Origin: Candidatus Doudnabacteria bacterium
GTDB lineage: Bacteria > Patescibacteriota > Doudnabacteria > UBA920
DNA length: 53,627 nt
Direction of reading: 5' to 3'
Assembly: GCA_963788395.1 (NCBI GenBank)
Contig: CAWBGV010000024.1
Location: 1 to 53,627 of the forward strand
Under the pieces are notes generated by a model. That model was not told the origin of the DNA. It was given only the letters and a program-made list of their open reading frames with translations, and did no database searches. The translations under genes were made by a program, and so were the position numbers. Below, piece by piece: positions 8,872-19,814 of this stretch. How positions within the stretch are numbered: position 1 is the stretch's first letter; each line of letters starts with the position of its first letter.

Positions 8872-10020
8872 TTACCTAAAACTGTCTTTAACGTTATCCC
8901 AAAAACCACTGTCAACTTCTACGGTTTCTCCCCGCTCCTGGGCCAGTTCGCGCAAGAGCTCTTTTTCCCGTTTGGAAAGTTTTTTAGGAACCACAACCCG
9001 GACCGTAACCAATAAGTCACCGCGGCCGGATTGATTAATAATAGGCACGCCTTTATCTTTGATTTTCAAGACCGTGCCGGATTGAGTACCGGCCGGAATT
9101 TTTAATTCAATGTCGCCGTCCAAAGTCTTGGTATTGATCTTGGCACCCAGCGACGCTTGAGTAAAACTAATCGGCAGCTCTTTCAGTAAATTAAAACCGT
9201 CGCGAGTAAACTCCTGAGAAGGGGCCACGCGCATGACTAAAAACAAATCCCCGGGCTGAGATCCGCGATAGCCAGCTTCACCTTCTCCAGCCACGCGAAT
9301 ACGCTGGCCGTTATCGATGCCGGCCGGAATAGTTACTCGTAACGTTTTTTCTTGACGCAAACTACCGCTGCCGCCGCAAGTCTTGCAGGCAACTTCCGGA
9401 ACTTTGCCCGTGCCCTGGCAACGGTCACAGATGGTGGCTGATGCTATGTTGCCAAAAATTGTCCTGCGCGTAGTCCGAATCTGGCCCTGGCCGTGGCACT
9501 TGGGACAAGTCACCACTTTGCTGCCTGGCTCAGCCCCGCTGCCTTTGCAGGTCTGGCAAATATCGCGCTTTTCCAGGGTCACGTTTTTTTCCGTGCCAAA
9601 AACCGCCTCTTCAAAAGTCAGGTTCAGCCCCATTTCCAAATCTATCCCACGATTCCTGCGTCCTGATTGCTGGCGGTTGCCGAATAGGTCGCCAAAAATA
9701 TCTCCTAAATCTGAACCAAAATCAAAATTGGCGCCATTAAAATCCCAGCCCTGGCCGCCGCCGCTAAAACCTTCAAACGGATTGCCGCCAAAACCGCCGC
9801 GCTGGGCTTGGTCGAACGTTTGGCCGTAAGTATCATACTGCTGGCGTTTTTCCGGACTGCCCAAGACCTGGTAAGCTTCGTTGACTTGCTTGAACTTTTC
9901 CTCATTCCCCGCGCCTTTGTCGGGATGATATTGGTGGGCCAGCTTGCGGTAGGCGCGTTTGATTTCATCATCGCTGGAAGTTTTTGGTACGCCTAAAATG
10001 TCATAATAATTTTTTGCCAT
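8872..10020 (-). CDS. dnaJ: Chaperone DnaJ
   Basis: J domain HPD, G/F region, four CxxCxGxG repeats. Confidence 0.97.
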   Translation of the reverse strand: MAKNYYDILGVPKTSSDDEIKRAYRKLAHQYHPDKGAGNEEKFKQVNEAYQVLGSPEKRQQYDTYGQTFDQAQRGGFGGNPFEGFSGGGQGWDFNGANFDFGSDLGDIFGDLFGNRQQSGRRNRGIDLEMGLNLTFEEAVFGTEKNVTLEKRDICQTCKGSGAEPGSKVVTCPKCHGQGQIRTTRRTIFGNIASATICDRCQGTGKVPEVACKTCGGSGSLRQEKTLRVTIPAGIDNGQRIRVAGEGEAGYRGSQPGDLFLVMRVAPSQEFTRDGFNLLKELPISFTQASLGAKINTKTLDGDIELKIPAGTQSGTVLKIKDKGVPIINQSGRGDLLVTVRVVVPKKLSKREKELLRELAQERGETVEVDSGFWDNVKDSFR

Positions 10021-10039
10021 AGATACACTGTCATTTTAA

Positions 10040-10103
10040 CATCTTATCATTTTATCACCCTGACTTGGCATAATAAAATGATAAGATGATAGTAAGATAA
10101 AAT
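10040..10103. repeat. 16-bp perfect inverted repeat within 8-bp periodic units
   Basis: CATCTTATCATTTTAT (10040-10055) and ATAAAATGATAAGATG (10073-10088). Confidence 0.75.
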
Positions 10104-10111
10104 CTACCCCA

Positions 10112-10423
10112 CTACTCTGTCTTAAATCCAATCTTCTGGTCGGGCACGACCGCTAAACTGATGGTGCCGTATTTATCTTCGTACCGCTGCAAATTCTCCT
10201 GCAGCATTCCGAGTATGCGCTTGGCGTGGCTGGGCGACAGAATTACCCTGGCCACGGCCTGGGGCAGCGGAGGTACTAGTTGAAAAAAATCGAGCACAAA
10301 TTCTTCCCCGGAATGAGTAAACCCAACCTGAACCATGTTGGAGTACACACCCTTAGCCACTTCATCACTCATTTTAATTTGAACTTGTTGACCGCCTTCG
10401 GCCGGTGTATTTTCTTGAGACAT
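10112..10423 (-). CDS. DUF3467-like protein
   Basis: GVYSN...EEFVLDF...ARVILSPSHAKR...YEDKYG. Confidence 0.85.
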   Translation of the reverse strand: MSQENTPAEGGQQVQIKMSDEVAKGVYSNMVQVGFTHSGEEFVLDFFQLVPPLPQAVARVILSPSHAKRILGMLQENLQRYEDKYGTISLAVVPDQKIGFKTE

Positions 10424-10437
10424 AAATTCTCCGTAAT

Positions 10438-11165
10438 TTAATTTTTCAACTGCGCAACTTCATTAAGTTCCGCCTGACAATAATCAGCCGGAACTACCGA
10501 AAGATGCGCCGGCGTTTCCACCAGCGGGTCCATGATACAACTGGGGTCGGAACTTGTTGGCAATCCCAATTGCGTCCCAAACTCATGCAGCAGCGCCGCG
10601 GTCTGATCTTGGGCCATAGCCGCAGCACCCCCGCCGGTCGCGGCCAGCAGTTGCTGGTCGGACAACACAATTCCATATTCCTGGTACGTCCGGCTGACCG
10701 TATTATTGGGGGAACTGAACGACTGGGCGTAGACTAAAAATATTTCCGGGCTGCCCAGAGCCGCCTGACGGTGATATTCTCCCACTAACGCAAGTAATTG
10801 CGCGTCGGTCAGCGGCCCGGTTGGCGCGTCATCGCCGGTAACCATAGTCACCGGACGGCCGGTCAATTGCTGGACTTCATTCTGAAAATTTTGCAGTACA
10901 CTATTGTTCAGATCAACATCTAAAGTAGTGCCGGGAGTTTGGACTACAATAAAAGTAATAGGATTGCTGCCTTTGAGGTACCAATTGCGCGCATCACCGG
11001 CCTGGTGCAGCCCAAACAGGCTCCGGACCAGCTGGTATCTGCCAGGGTGTAGCGGGTAGACTGGTTAAAACTGCTATTGGGATTGCCTTGAGCCAAGTAC
11101 TTGATGTAGCAAGAGACCCCGATCAAAAAAATAAACAGCAGCACGCAAAAGGTTTTAAAAGACAT
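10438..11165 (-). CDS. Membrane-anchored metallopeptidase-like protein, frameshifted
   Basis: N-terminal TM; LLHEFGTQLGL and CIMDP (metzincin-like, second His absent as read). Confidence 0.5.
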
Positions 11166-11168
11166 AAG

Positions 11169-13051
11169 TTATTTTACTTCTTTAAATTCCGCATCTACCG
11201 GACCACTACTGGGGCCGGGATTATTGCCTGGTTGCGGGCCGGTTTGTCCCGACTCAGGTTGGCTTGCCGCTGGGCCTTATCACTGGTCTCATACATAGCC
11301 GCGCCTACTTTTTGGATAGCAGCGGAAAGTTCGTCGGTCGCTTTTTTAATTGCATCCGCATCGTCTTTATCTTTTATATCTTTTAAGGCTTTAATTTTTT
11401 CCTCAACCGCGGTCTTGTCTTCTGGTTTAATTTTATCGCTCGCGTCTTTTAACGTCTTTTCGGAAATACCAATCAGAGTATCGGCCTGGTTGCGCATATC
11501 CACAGTTTCTTTGCGCTTGCGATCTTCTTCGGCGTGGGCCTCGGCTTCTTTTTTCATCCGTTCGATTTCGTCTTTACTGAGGTTGGATGAACCCTGAATG
11601 GTAATATGGCTTTCTTTGTTGGTGGCCTTGTCTTTAGCTTTGACGCTTAAAATTCCGTTGGCATCGATATCAAAGGTCACTTCAATCTGGGGAACGCCGC
11701 GCGGCGCCGGAGGGATGCCGTCTAAATATAAACTTCCCGAGAGATTTGTTGTCTTTGGCAAATTCGCGCTCGCCCTGCAGCACGTGGACTTCCACCGAAG
11801 TCTGGTTGTCGGCAAAAGTAGAAAATGTTTGGCTTTTAGAAGTCGGCACGCGTCGTATTGCGTTCGATCATGGGCGTCCGCACGCCGCCGGCAGTTTCAA
11901 TCCCCAAAGTCAACGGTGTGACATCGAGCAATAAAATTTCTTTGCCTTGCACGTCCCCGCCCAAAATGCCGGCCTGGATGGCCGCGCCCTTGGCTACGGC
12001 TTCCATCGGGTCAATGCCGCCTTCCACCTGCTTGCCAATATACTCTTCCACAAACTTTTTAACCGCCGGCATGCGGGTCGGGCCGCCGATTAAAATTATT
12101 TTATCTATTTGCTGCGGAGTCAGCTTGGCGTCGGAAATAGCTTGCTCCACCGGATGGCGCATGCTTTCAACAATCGGCTTTATAAGCTCTTCCAGTTTAG
12201 CGCGGGTAATCTTCATTTGCAGATGCTTGGGTCCGTTGGCGTCGGCCGTAATAAAAGGCAGGTTGATATCGGTTTCCAAAGTAGTGGAAAGTTCAATTTT
12301 GGCTTTTTCCGCGGCTTCGCGCACGCGGTTGATGGCCATTTTATCCTGATTAAGATCCATATTGTTTTCCTTTTTAAAGGTATCAACAATATAATCAATT
12401 AAAGCTTTGTCCATATCTTTACCGCCCAGCTGGGTATCGCCGGTAGTGGATTTGACTTCAAACGTGGCTTGGTTATCGACTTCGCTAAAATCCATGATGG
12501 TCACGTCCGAGCGTTCCGCCGCCCAAATCAAACACTAATATTTTTTGGTCTTTTGAGGTGCTTTTATCGAGCCCATAAGCAAAGGCTGCCGCGGTCGGCT
12601 CGTTAATAACGCGCACAACTTCCAGTCCGGCAATTTCGCCGGCGTTCTTGGTGGCCTGGCTCTGGGCATCGTCAAAATAGGCCGGGACAGTAATCACCGC
12701 TTTAGCTACCGGCGCCCCTAAAAAGGTTTCCGCGTCTTTCTTGATTTTTTGTAAGATAAAAGCGCTGATTTGTTCCGGTGAATATTCTTTACCGTTAATG
12801 GTGTAGCGAAAGTTGGTGCCCATTTTGCGCTTGGCTTCGTAAACAGTCCCTTCCGGATTGGTCACCGCCTGCCGGCGCGCCGGCTCCCCTACCAACAGTT
12901 GCCCCTCTTTGGTAAAAGCCACGTACGACGGAAAAGCCTTACCGCCTAAAGAAGCGCCTTCAGCCGCCGGAATAATCACCGGCTTGCCGCCTTCCATAAC
13001 CGCCGCGGCGCTGTTAGATGTTCCTAAATCGATCCCTATGATTTTTGACAT
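11169..13051 (-). CDS. dnaK: Chaperone DnaK, several apparent indel errors
   Basis: [49 protein letters not shown] across consecutive frames; ends AEFKEVK*. Confidence 0.97.
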
Positions 13052-13057
13052 AAAATA

Positions 13058-13446
13058 TTATCCTTTCGTGTTATCTTCTTTATAATAAAAAATCTCTTTA
13101 TTCTCGTTTTGATTTGTCGCGGAAGCAGATTTTAAAATTATTGTAAAAAAATTTTTCGTGTTTGTCTTTCTCATAAACAAAAAAAGGGGGGTCAGTCCGC
13201 TCCATTCCATATGAATAATGTCTTCCGCTCTAATTTTCAACTGTACGATTTTCTCGTACACTTGACTTCCCTCTAGTTTAAGACTTTTTTTAAATCCGAC
13301 CAGTATCTGCGGGGTATGCTGCTACCAGTTAAAATCGCTACCACATCCATAATGCTAAAATACCATTTTTCGTCTTTTACAACCCAAACTCGCCGCACAG
13401 TAGCGTTTTCAAAATTTATGATGGATTTTTGAGATTTATCCGGCAT
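13058..13446 (-). pseudogene. Truncated Bro-N (phage antirepressor-like) gene
   Basis: MPDKSQKSIINFENATVRRVWVVKDEKWYFSIMDVVAILTGSSIPRRYWSDLKK / EGSQVYEKIVQLKIRAED, then similarity ends. Confidence 0.75.
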
Positions 13447-13455
13447 AATTTTTAC

Positions 13456-13749
13456 TTAAAGCTCCTCTATGCTAAAAGTCCTAAACTGATCTAAGGTTAA
13501 ACCTATTATATTTTTGCTGGCTAATAACTTTTTGGAAGTATCAAACTGCTTATCAAACTCGTCTTTTAGCCTGACAAAAACGTTACCCTCGGAATCATCC
13601 GAAATCCGCTTTAAGTGGAGAATAATTTTGTGTTTGTTGAGCACTTTGCCGGTAATGACACAGTCACTGCCATCCAAAACTTTTATGCTCTTGGCTTTAT
13701 CTTCCGACTCCATAATTTCTCCGACCTCGAACATTTCTTGAATCGTCAT
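13456..13749 (-). CDS. Hypothetical protein
   Basis: 97 aa ORF with GAAAGGA upstream, inside the chaperone operon. Confidence 0.65.
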   Translation of the reverse strand: MTIQEMFEVGEIMESEDKAKSIKVLDGSDCVITGKVLNKHKIILHLKRISDDSEGNVFVRLKDEFDKQFDTSKKLLASKNIIGLTLDQFRTFSIEEL

Positions 13750-13770
13750 AGATTCCTTTCTGCTTGCTTG

Positions 13771-14307
13771 TTACAGTTTCTTTTTACTAATAATTACCTG
13801 GCTCGGCCGAATAACTTTGCCGTTGAGTTCGAATCCCGTTTGTAATTCATCCACCACGGTGCCGTCTGGGGCTTCCGATTCCACTTCCCTGACCGCTTCG
13901 TGAAAATTCGGATCAAATTTTTTGCCCAGAGCCTGAATTTTTTTAACGCCCAATTCTTCCAAAGTCTTATCTAATTGCAAAATAATTCCATTAACGCCGG
14001 TCTGCCAGTTTTTATAGTCCCCAACAAACTTGTCACTTGTTTCTTGCATCTTGCCGCTAACCGACGGCATATGGCGAAGCGCCTGTTCTAAACTGTCCAA
14101 TGCCGGCAAGAGCTTAGCCACTGTTACTTCCCGCGCAAATTCTACCAATTCTTTATTTTCAGCCTCTTTGCGCCGGCGATAATTATCAAAGTCAGCCGCT
14201 GTGCGTTTCCACCCGTTAATGGCTTCGTTGAGATCGCGTTGGATCTGTTCAATAGAAACATCAGTACTCGGGATATTTAATTGGTCATCTTGAGGTTCCT
14301 CGGACAT
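13771..14307 (-). CDS. grpE: Nucleotide exchange factor GrpE
   Basis: ADFDNYRRR, FDPNFHEAV, GFELNGKVIRPSQV. Confidence 0.97.
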   Translation of the reverse strand: MSEEPQDDQLNIPSTDVSIEQIQRDLNEAINGWKRTAADFDNYRRRKEAENKELVEFAREVTVAKLLPALDSLEQALRHMPSVSGKMQETSDKFVGDYKNWQTGVNGIILQLDKTLEELGVKKIQALGKKFDPNFHEAVREVESEAPDGTVVDELQTGFELNGKVIRPSQVIISKKKL

Positions 14308-14343
14308 AGATATTAAGTAAAATTTATTATTAACTGTTAAATT

Positions 14344-15096
14344 TTATTTAATGAAAAATAGCATGAAAATTGCCGCTCCGCCGCCCAACAACTTAGCAAT
14401 ATATTCCATGAGCGAGAGATTTTTTTCGTACTTCATGCTCTTGGGGCCAATTAAGCCAATCACGCCTTTTTTCCCGGAAGGCAGCTGCAGGCCGGAGACT
14501 ATCATCGAGTAATCGCTTTTTTTGGACAGCATGATTTCTTTCCCAATCCGAGCTTCCGCGCCTTTGCCGCCATATTCGGCGATCATCTGTTCGGCATGGT
14601 CGTCTATTTCATCAAAAAATTTGGCAATTTCTTTGGCATCCTCGGCCGGCAAGGCGGGATTGGAAAGCAGGTTAGACAGGCCAACGGTCGAAACTTCTTC
14701 GGGCAACAGCGTAAACGAGGCTTGCTGGGTGTGTTCGGAAAGTAATTTCGCCAGGCGGCGGCCCATTTCAACGTGCGCCATTTGCAGTTTAACCAATTCG
14801 CGCTTAAGCAGCTCTTGTTCTTTGACGGACAACTTGACCCGATCCATTAATTGATTTACAAAATACCGAAAACCCTTATCGGTTGGCACGCGGCCGGCCG
14901 AGGTATGAGGCTGGGCAATATAGCCGGATTTTTCTAAAGCCGCCATTTCGTTGCGGATAGTAGCCGGGCTAACTCCCAGTTCATACTTTTCCACGATTTC
15001 CTGGCTGGATACCGGCTGGGACGTATCGCAATTTTCCTTGACAATTGCAGCCAATATTTTAGCCTGACGGTTGGTTAGTTCCTGGGTTTCATTCAT
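14344..15096 (-). CDS. hrcA: Heat-inducible repressor HrcA (compact form)
   Basis: SPATIRNEMAALE, QPHTSAGRVPTDKGFRYFV, GLIGPKSMKY. Confidence 0.95.
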   Translation of the reverse strand: MNETQELTNRQAKILAAIVKENCDTSQPVSSQEIVEKYELGVSPATIRNEMAALEKSGYIAQPHTSAGRVPTDKGFRYFVNQLMDRVKLSVKEQELLKRELVKLQMAHVEMGRRLAKLLSEHTQQASFTLLPEEVSTVGLSNLLSNPALPAEDAKEIAKFFDEIDDHAEQMIAEYGGKGAEARIGKEIMLSKKSDYSMIVSGLQLPSGKKGVIGLIGPKSMKYEKNLSLMEYIAKLLGGGAAIFMLFFIK

Positions 15097-15127
15097 AGAA
15101 TAATCGCTAATAAAATCCGATAAAAAT

Positions 15128-15163
15128 ATCGTACCATTAGCAGTCAGGGGTGTCAAGTGCTAA
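15128..15163 (-). promoter_or_regulatory. CIRCE operator overlapping a sigma70 promoter
   Basis: Minus strand TTAGCACTT-N9-GACTGCTAA (15137-15163); TTGACA-N17-TACGAT with extended -10 TG. Confidence 0.92.
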
Positions 15164-15262
15164 CTACATTCATTATTTAATTTAACTTTTCTTTAGCGTA
15201 TCTTCAGGGGGTATTTTTTATACTATAACTAATTATTATTAAACAGTTTTGTGTGACTTGCT

Positions 15263-15380
15263 GAGTCGCTCAGGCCTTCCGCGCCAGACATTTTTTCGTT
15301 CCGAACATTTCTGATCCGCCTCTGGCGGAAAACGAAATGTGAGTCACAAAAAATGTCCGCCGCTCCAGGCCGCGCGACTC
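15263..15380. repeat. Nested palindromic element (REP/MITE-like)
   Basis: GAGTCGC/GCGACTC, GACATTTTTT/AAAAAATGTC and ACATTTC/GAAATGT arms around a TCCGCC-TCT-GGCGGA core. Confidence 0.7.
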
Positions 15381-15405
15381 CAAGCCGTACAAACTCAAAA
15401 CATCT

Positions 15406-16580
15406 ATGCTTAACAAAATCATAATTGTTATATGTGTTATTACCGCCCCGGGCTTGGCGCAGGCCGCCGCAGTCATTCATCACGTAGCGAGTCTGTCCCG
15501 TCAAAGTCGCAACAGGTCGCGCTACCTGCTTTGCGCACGTAATTAGCGATAGCAAAAATAAGCCGCAAATCACGATCGCGCCTTACGGCTTCGGCCCGGC
15601 ACAACTGCGGGCTGCCTATGGCGTATCCGGCCGTGCCAAAGGTTTGCCCTTGGTGGCGATTGTGGACGCTTATAACAATTAACCCCTTCCAAAACGACCT
15701 GGCCGTGTTTAGTCGGCAATTTGGATTGCCGGAATTGCCGCCTTGCCAAACGGATATTAAAAAATCCGCAATCCCCTGCCTTCAAAAAGTCAATCAAACC
15801 AGTTGGGCCCAAATGGCCGGGTATAATACCGGCTGGTTACGGAAACCGCACTGGATGCCGAAGCGGTTCATGCTTGTGCGAAAATTGCAGCATTTTACTA
15901 GTAGAAGCAACGTCACCGACAATGAAAAATTTAATGGCCGCGGAAAATTTTGCGCTGAGCCAAAACGCGGCCGCGGTTTCTAACTCCTGGGGCGGCCCGG
16001 AATTCGCCGCCAGACATCCTACGACAAAATTTTTAACCATCCCGGCATGGCGATTACGGTCAGTTCCGGCGATAATGGTTACGGAACGCAATACCCGGCG
16101 GCTTCACCGTACGTTACAGCCGTAGGCGGTACTTCGTTGTTTATGAATGGGAATATTTATAAAGACGAAAATGCCTGGTCCGGCGCCGGCAGCGGGTGCA
16201 GCCAATACGAGACTAAACCGGTGTGGCAAACAGACAAGCTATGCCCGGGACGAACCGTGGCCGATGTTTCCGCGGTCGCCGACCCGGCTACGGGCTTTGC
16301 AATTTATACCCAAAGCGCGCCCAATTCCAAGCATGGTTGGCTGCAAGCCGGCGGTACCAGCCTGGCCGCGCCGCTGATTGCAGCCATATACGCCCTTGGA
16401 AGCATATCAAATACCCAACTGGCGAACAGCCTCCCGTATGTTCAAGGCAACAAACAAAATCTTCATGATGTCGTCGGGGGTACCAACGGCGACTGTGGCA
16501 GCAGCTATCTCTGCGCCGCCAAAACCAAATACGACGGCCCAACGGGCTTGGGAACGCCAAAGGGGACAGGAGCGTTTTGA
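15406..16580 (+). CDS. Secreted S53 (sedolisin/kumamolisin-like) peptidase, multiple frameshifts
   Basis: ETALDAE, VSNSWGG, SSGDNG, DVSAVADP, GGTSLAAP, YDGPTGLGTP. Confidence 0.85.
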
Positions 16581-16951
16581 GACCTCAAGAATAAATTTCT
16601 TCTTAATTTCGAATAAAAAAATTTAAAAAATAAACCTTAATTGTTAAAGAAATCCAACCACTCAAAAATCCTCCGGAGCCGCCGCATCCTAAGATTGGTT
16701 TTCGGACTTAAAAACCCGTCCGAAACAGCCACTGGGGGGATTTGGCTTTCGGGCGGGTTTTTTAAGACCCATTTTGGCAAAAACTAATGGGGTTGCTAAG
16801 ACGTAAATACTTTTGGGATGTCCCACTGATCTCCGCCGCAAAGCGGGGGTGAAAAATTTTATCCTCAAGCATCTTGTATTCTTTCCAAAGACCTTCATCC
16901 GGTTAGGCTGTTTAACCGGATGAAAGCTTGGACTTTATTTTGAACACTCAG

Positions 16952-17432
16952 TTATCTTGTTACCATAATCGGATCATTCCCTACCGAAGGTTCGGTAGTA
17001 GGCGCGGAAATGGTCACGCGGCCGGTGGAAGTAACGCTCATCTGATAACCAGTATCATAATCCGTAGGATTATGCCGGTAACCAATAGACGGATCGTATG
17101 GCAATTGAGCTATATAAGTTGGGGTTAAGCAACTTAAATATGCCTTCGGCCGATGAATATTGGTAAAAGTTCCGTTGGAAGCGCCGGCAAGTATAGGCTT
17201 GGCCGTCGATAGTAAAGCTGCCGTCGAAGACACCTTTGTTATCGGCCATGCGCTGGCCAATAGCGTTTAAAATACTGGTCACATCGCTTTCGCGCTGGGC
17301 ATTGCGCGACAGCGCAAACTGGCGCGCCGGGTTAACCGCTACCAAGACAATGGCCGCCAAAATAGCAATAATGCCAATAACAACTAAAATTTCAATGAGT
17401 GTGAACCCTTCCTGTTGCTTGTGTTTTTTCAT
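16952..17432 (-). CDS. Type IV pilin, frameshifted
   Basis: GFTLIEILVVIGIIAILAAIVLVAVNPARQF; C-terminal PTYIAQLPYDP. Confidence 0.9.
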
Positions 17433-17530
17433 ACATCCTTTCTCTTTTGCCACTGGTGCTTAACCAAATGGCAAATATTAAACTCTAAATATCCGACCTT
17501 TATTTTTATTTTGGCAGTTCCTGCCCGAGA

Positions 17531-17893
17531 TCAGAGAAAAATCCCCGCTGCTGAGGCTGGCCTGAAGCCTGGTGTAACTGAGTTGGGACCCGAGCTTGGC
17601 GCGGTCGCGGTAGCAGTCACGACCACCACAGCAGCTTCAAAAACTACCGGCTCAATCTGGCAACTGGCCTGGTTAATACCTATAATTTCATTTCCCAAAT
17701 AGTGCGGGTCCTCTAAAAATTTATTTCGCGCTTCCTGCAGGCAAGATTGGGCCAAGTAAAAACTTGATTGCTTAAACTCGTTATCCAGGGCTTCTTTGCC
17801 GCCAAAAAACCCAAAGCACTGATTGCCGAACTGATTAACAGCAGCAATACACACAATTATTACCGAAAGTATGGCAATGTAACCTTGTTGCAT
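17531..17893 (-). CDS. PilX-like minor pilin
   Basis: GYIAILSVIIV...SFYLAQSCLQEA; cluster position. Confidence 0.6.
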   Translation of the reverse strand: MQQGYIAILSVIIVCIAAVNQFGNQCFGFFGGKEALDNEFKQSSFYLAQSCLQEARNKFLEDPHYLGNEIIGINQASCQIEPVVFEAAVVVVTATATAPSSGPNSVTPGFRPASAAGIFL

Positions 17894-18345
17894 ATGTAGA
17901 TAGATTACTGATGAAGGGAGAGTAAAGCAGTAAAAGATAGATCCTGGAGCGCAAAACTAACATGCAGGCCAGCCGGGAGGGGTTGGTATTGAGATTTCGC
18001 AAAGCAAAATCATCGGCATTCAGCGGCAGGGCGTTGAGCAGCAGATGACCGTTGGCCTCTGAAAAAACTTGCGGTTGCCCAGTCGTGGCAAAGGGAGTAA
18101 TTTGCAGCTGCGTGCCGGACACAGTAAATGATTGCGCATTACTAAAAATCCAATAAAATTTATGAACTAAAAAATTACCTCAGCCTGCGCGAACATTTTT
18201 GCCGCAGATGCTCGCTGCTTAAAAGCTCCTGGTAAACAACCGAAAGCAACAACCCAAAAATAATGGCCAGTAACCCAATATATAAAAGAGTCTCCAGCAG
18301 CGTAAAACCTGTACGCGTATTCTTACCAATTAATTTGTCCAACAT
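17890..18345 (-). CDS. Prepilin-type minor pilin, frameshifted; 3' end approximate
   Basis: MLDKLIGKNTRTGFTLLETLLYIGLLAII read directly from the DNA. Confidence 0.7.
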
Positions 18346-18768
18346 TATTTACCGAAATAATTATTTTTCGCTTGCCATCCGTTAAGGTAACGCTGCCGGG
18401 CACGGCGCAGTCTCCGGACAGAGTTTGAAACACTACCTCCAAACCGGTATTGCTGATGGTGGGGGCGGCTGGGTATGATTGGTCGGCGCCCTGGACCCGG
18501 GCGGCATACGACTGGCCCGGAACAGAACATAATTGTCAGGTTCTATTTTTAGGCCATGCGGCTGTTGCTGAAGATTATCTACAGATTCGCTCCGGGCTTT
18601 TTGCAGCAAACCGACGACTAAATTTTGTTCCGTACCAAAAACATAACTGTTATAAAAATCAAAACTAAAAACTAGGCCGGCGGCAGCCACAACGCTGAAC
18701 ACAGCTATGACTACGACCATTTCGATTAAAGTAAATCCGCTACGGATGTAATTTTTGGGTGATTGCAT
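18345..18768 (-). CDS. Prepilin-type minor pilin (FimT/GspH-like), frameshifted
   Basis: GFTLIEMVVVIAV...LQKARSES. Confidence 0.8.
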
Positions 18769-19783
18769 ACATCGGAGTAATTATTGATATGGCCACAAAA
18801 CCGACTATGCCCCCCATTAAGACCATAAGCACCGGTTCAATCAGGCTGGATAAATTTTTAGTCAGTTCGGTTAATTCGTTTTCAAAATTGCCGGCTAAAT
18901 ATAAGAAGCAGTCCCCCAGATAGCCGGTCGTCTCCCACCCCAACTACCTGGGAGACCATGGCGGCCAGGCGGCCGGATGGACTTGCAAGTATTCCTCAAT
19001 ACTCCCGCCGCTTTGGACAAATGCGGTCAGACCCACTATGTGTTCTTTATAAACTCCATTTTCCAAAGACCGCGCCGTGGCGGCTAAAGCCTGGTCTATG
19101 GCCATACCGCCCTGCAAGAGTAACCCCAAAGTTCTGCAGGTATTGGCCAAGTAGTAACAACTCAGTAGTTGCCCTGCCACCGGCAACCGCAAAATAAAAC
19201 GCTGGATAAACCTTTTGTACGCTGCCAGCCGGCGCAAGAACAACATACCGGTTGTGGCCAAAGCTGCTGCTGCTAGCAAAATCCCCCAATCATGCAGGCA
19301 GGCATTACTGACAACTAAAAGCAAACGGGTTGTAACCGGCAAAGGTACGTTCATACCAATAAAAATAGGCAGAACTTTTGGGAAGACTACGGTCACCAGG
19401 GCGGCGACTAAACCCAAGGTCGCAACCATAATTAAAATTGGATAAAATAGCGCGCCTAAAATTTTTCGCCGCAGTGATTGCTTTTTTTGCATTTCTTCGG
19501 CTAAAAAGTGCAGGCTCTGGGTTAAGATTCCCCCCTGTTCCCCTATGGCCAGCAAACTGATGGTAAATTCTCCAAATGTTGCCCGAAATTTTTGCAGCGC
19601 AGCAGAAAGATAGCGGCCATTGGAAACATCGGCAATCACCTGATCAAGCATGTTACGGGCAGATTTGTTTTTTATTTGCCTGCGTACCAATTGCAAACTA
19701 TCCAGCAGCGGGACGCCGGCTTTCATTAAAAATTCCATCCGCTTAATGAACAAAATTTGTTCTTTTGAAGATAAATATTTCAT
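18740..19783 (-). CDS. pilC: Type IV pilus platform protein (PilC/GspF family), frameshift near 18945
   Basis: AGVPLLDSL, GEQGG, ALFYP, GETTG, SSLIEP. Confidence 0.9.
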
Positions 19784-19814
19784 GGTTTTATAATCCTCTG
19801 GTTATTTTTAATTT

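Noticed and set aside
10560-10600. Degenerate HExxH (HEFGT) as a novel inactive peptidase
   Set aside because: The gene already contains read errors, so the substitution cannot be trusted
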